Shown: positions 62,206 to 64,000 of the stretch, piece after piece
Numbering within the stretch: the first letter of the stretch is position 1
How the letters are laid out: each line of letters opens with the position of its first letter
Assembly (NCBI GenBank): GCA_030390025.1
Contig: CM059452.1
Span: 7,502,001 to 7,566,000 of the forward strand
Reading direction: 5' to 3'
Origin: Squalus acanthias
Lineage: Eukaryota
Length of the DNA: 64,000 nucleotides
Position numbers and translations under genes: made by a program
The notes under the pieces: model-generated
What the model was told of the DNA's origin: nothing
The model's database searches: none
The model's input: the letters and a program-made list of their open reading frames with translations, nothing else

Positions 62206-63722
62206 GGCCAGAAATTTGACTCGGAGGCTTGCCGCGGGGGTAAGGATCTTGCGCGATATCGCACTCCGCGCCGGCCGTTGTGTTTTGGGCCCACACGAAC
62301 TTCTGGTCCTGGGCCTCTCCCTGGTGCCGGCGCGCAGTGTGTGCGTGTCCCAGGGGCGCAGTTTGCTCGATGCGACCTCTGGGCTCACGTGGGCCATGGA
62401 GAGCCAATGGCAGCACACCATCTTTCATTCATAGATTTGACAAGAGAACTGTCAAAACTATGAAAACAAATTGCCCCCAAAAGAACAGCTAAACCTCAAA
62501 TAAATTGTAAAAAAAACCCATCACATTAATAAAATAACTATAGTTAAATAAATTAACCACTTTAAATAAAAATTTAAATTTTTGAAAATTTTTTAATTCT
62601 TTTTAAAAGTTATAAAAATAAACTTACCTTTCTTTAAAGTCTCTAAAAAAGATAAACCTGTTGAAACAAATTTAAAATAATACTTAATTAACTACTTACC
62701 TTGTTAAAATGGGGTCTTCCGCCTCCTTTCTTAATGGCCCAGAAATTCGGCCGAATACGGGAGAGTACGCACTGTGCACTCACCCATATTCGGTCCCGAA
62801 GTGCCGGTTTCCTGCATGCACTGCGCATGCGCGGGAAACCGGCACTTCCGATATTGCGAAGGGGGCGGTTCCTAAGTGAACCGCGTGCGCACTACAGGCT
62901 GTGCGCACGCAGCACACTTAGGCTTTTTTTCAGGTTTGAACGCGAGGGTAAGTGTAGAAGATTTTACACATGAAAAAAGGAGGCGTAAGACCTCCTTTTA
63001 ACAAGGTAAGTAGTTAATTAAGTATTATTTTAAAAAAATTTCAACAGGTTTATCTTTTTTAGAGACTTTAAAGAAAGGTAAGTTTATTTTTATAACTTTT
63101 AAAAAGAATTAAAAAAATTTCAAAAATTTTAATTTTTGTTTAAAGTGGTTAATTTATTTAACTATAGTTATGGGTTTTTTTGAAATTTAATTGAGGTGTA
63201 GCTGTTCTTTTGTGGGCAAGTTGTATTCATAGGTTTGACAGTTCTTCTGTCAAAACTAAGAATGAAAGATGGTGTGCTGCCATTGGCTCTAACTGGCCCA
63301 CGTGATCCCAGAGGTCGCATCCAACTAACTGTGCCTCTGGGACACGCACACACTGCGCACCGGCAACAGGGAGAGGCCCAGGACCAGAAGTTCGTGTGGG
63401 CCCGAACCATAAAGGCAGGCGCGGTAGGTAAGATCGCGCACGATCCTTACCCCCGCGGCAACCATCGAAGTCTAATTTCTGGGCCCATGTGTAAAATATT
63501 CCATACTTACCCTCGCGTTGAAACCTGAAAAAAAACCTAAGTGTGCTGCGTGCGCACAGCCTGTAGTGCGCACGCGGTTCACTAAGGAGCCGCCCCATTC
63601 GCCATACCGGAAGTGCCGGTTTCCCGCGCATGCGCAGTGCATGCAGGAAACCGGCACTTCGGGACCGAATACGCGAGAGTACACAGTTCGTACTCTCCCG
63701 TATTCAGCCGAATTTTTGGGCC
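62206..63722. mobile_element. Harbinger-like MITE (outer copy), same family as 32272-33014
   Basis: ggccagaaattt...aatttttgggcc with 3-bp TSD GTT. Confidence 0.85.
62736..63485. mobile_element. Second copy of the same MITE, nested in opposite orientation
   Basis: ggcccagaaatt...aatttctgggcc with flanks aat/cat; the host element resumes on the other side. Confidence 0.85.
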
Positions 63723-64000
63723 GTTGTGTCCAATTAATAGTTGCAATCTTAAGAATATGAATTACATTACACACACACCAACATTAACAAAAATACACAG
63801 AATGTTTGATATCTTTGGAGGTTAATGACTTATATTCAGTTGTACTTTGCTTGAGATGCAAGCTCTTTAACAAGTGATCAGAGAGCGCACTCCTGTGTCA
63901 GGTACAAGCCTCACACAGAGAATTGGAAGCAAGCACATGACCACAGACACTTGCACATAGACAGACATGCACTGAAACACACACAGACACACATACCAGA

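Noticed and set aside
61945-63825. Several 70-170 aa ORFs
   Set aside because: They fall in the nested MITEs and a CT-rich tract; no transposase or other recognisable domain.

Overview
Cartilaginous-fish (shark/ray) genomic DNA. On the minus strand it carries an IgM heavy-chain cluster (leader, pre-rearranged VDJ, Cmu1-Cmu4 with secretory tail, TM1) directly downstream of three TCR alpha/delta-type V genes, each with a 23-bp-spacer RSS. The Ig V region is germline-joined (no RSS, no free D or J, leader intron retained). It is present twice, because a ~17-19 kb tandem duplication copied L-VDJ and most of the J-C intron but no C exons, giving VDJ-VDJ-Cmu. The C region carries several lesions. 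The Cmu2 donor reads GG instead of GT, which predicts in-frame skipping to a 3-domain IgM1gj/IgG-like chain. The secretory tail lacks both the N-glycan sequon and the penultimate Cys. Cmu4 has a 2-nt deletion, so the locus is either pseudogenised or mis-called there. The rest is 53-bp and 27-bp satellites, CR1/RTE/L2 LINE pieces, V-SINE and DeuSINE copies, and Harbinger-like MITEs. Family calls come from motif recognition and recalled shark Ig/TCR sequences, not database searches; repeat boundaries are approximate.
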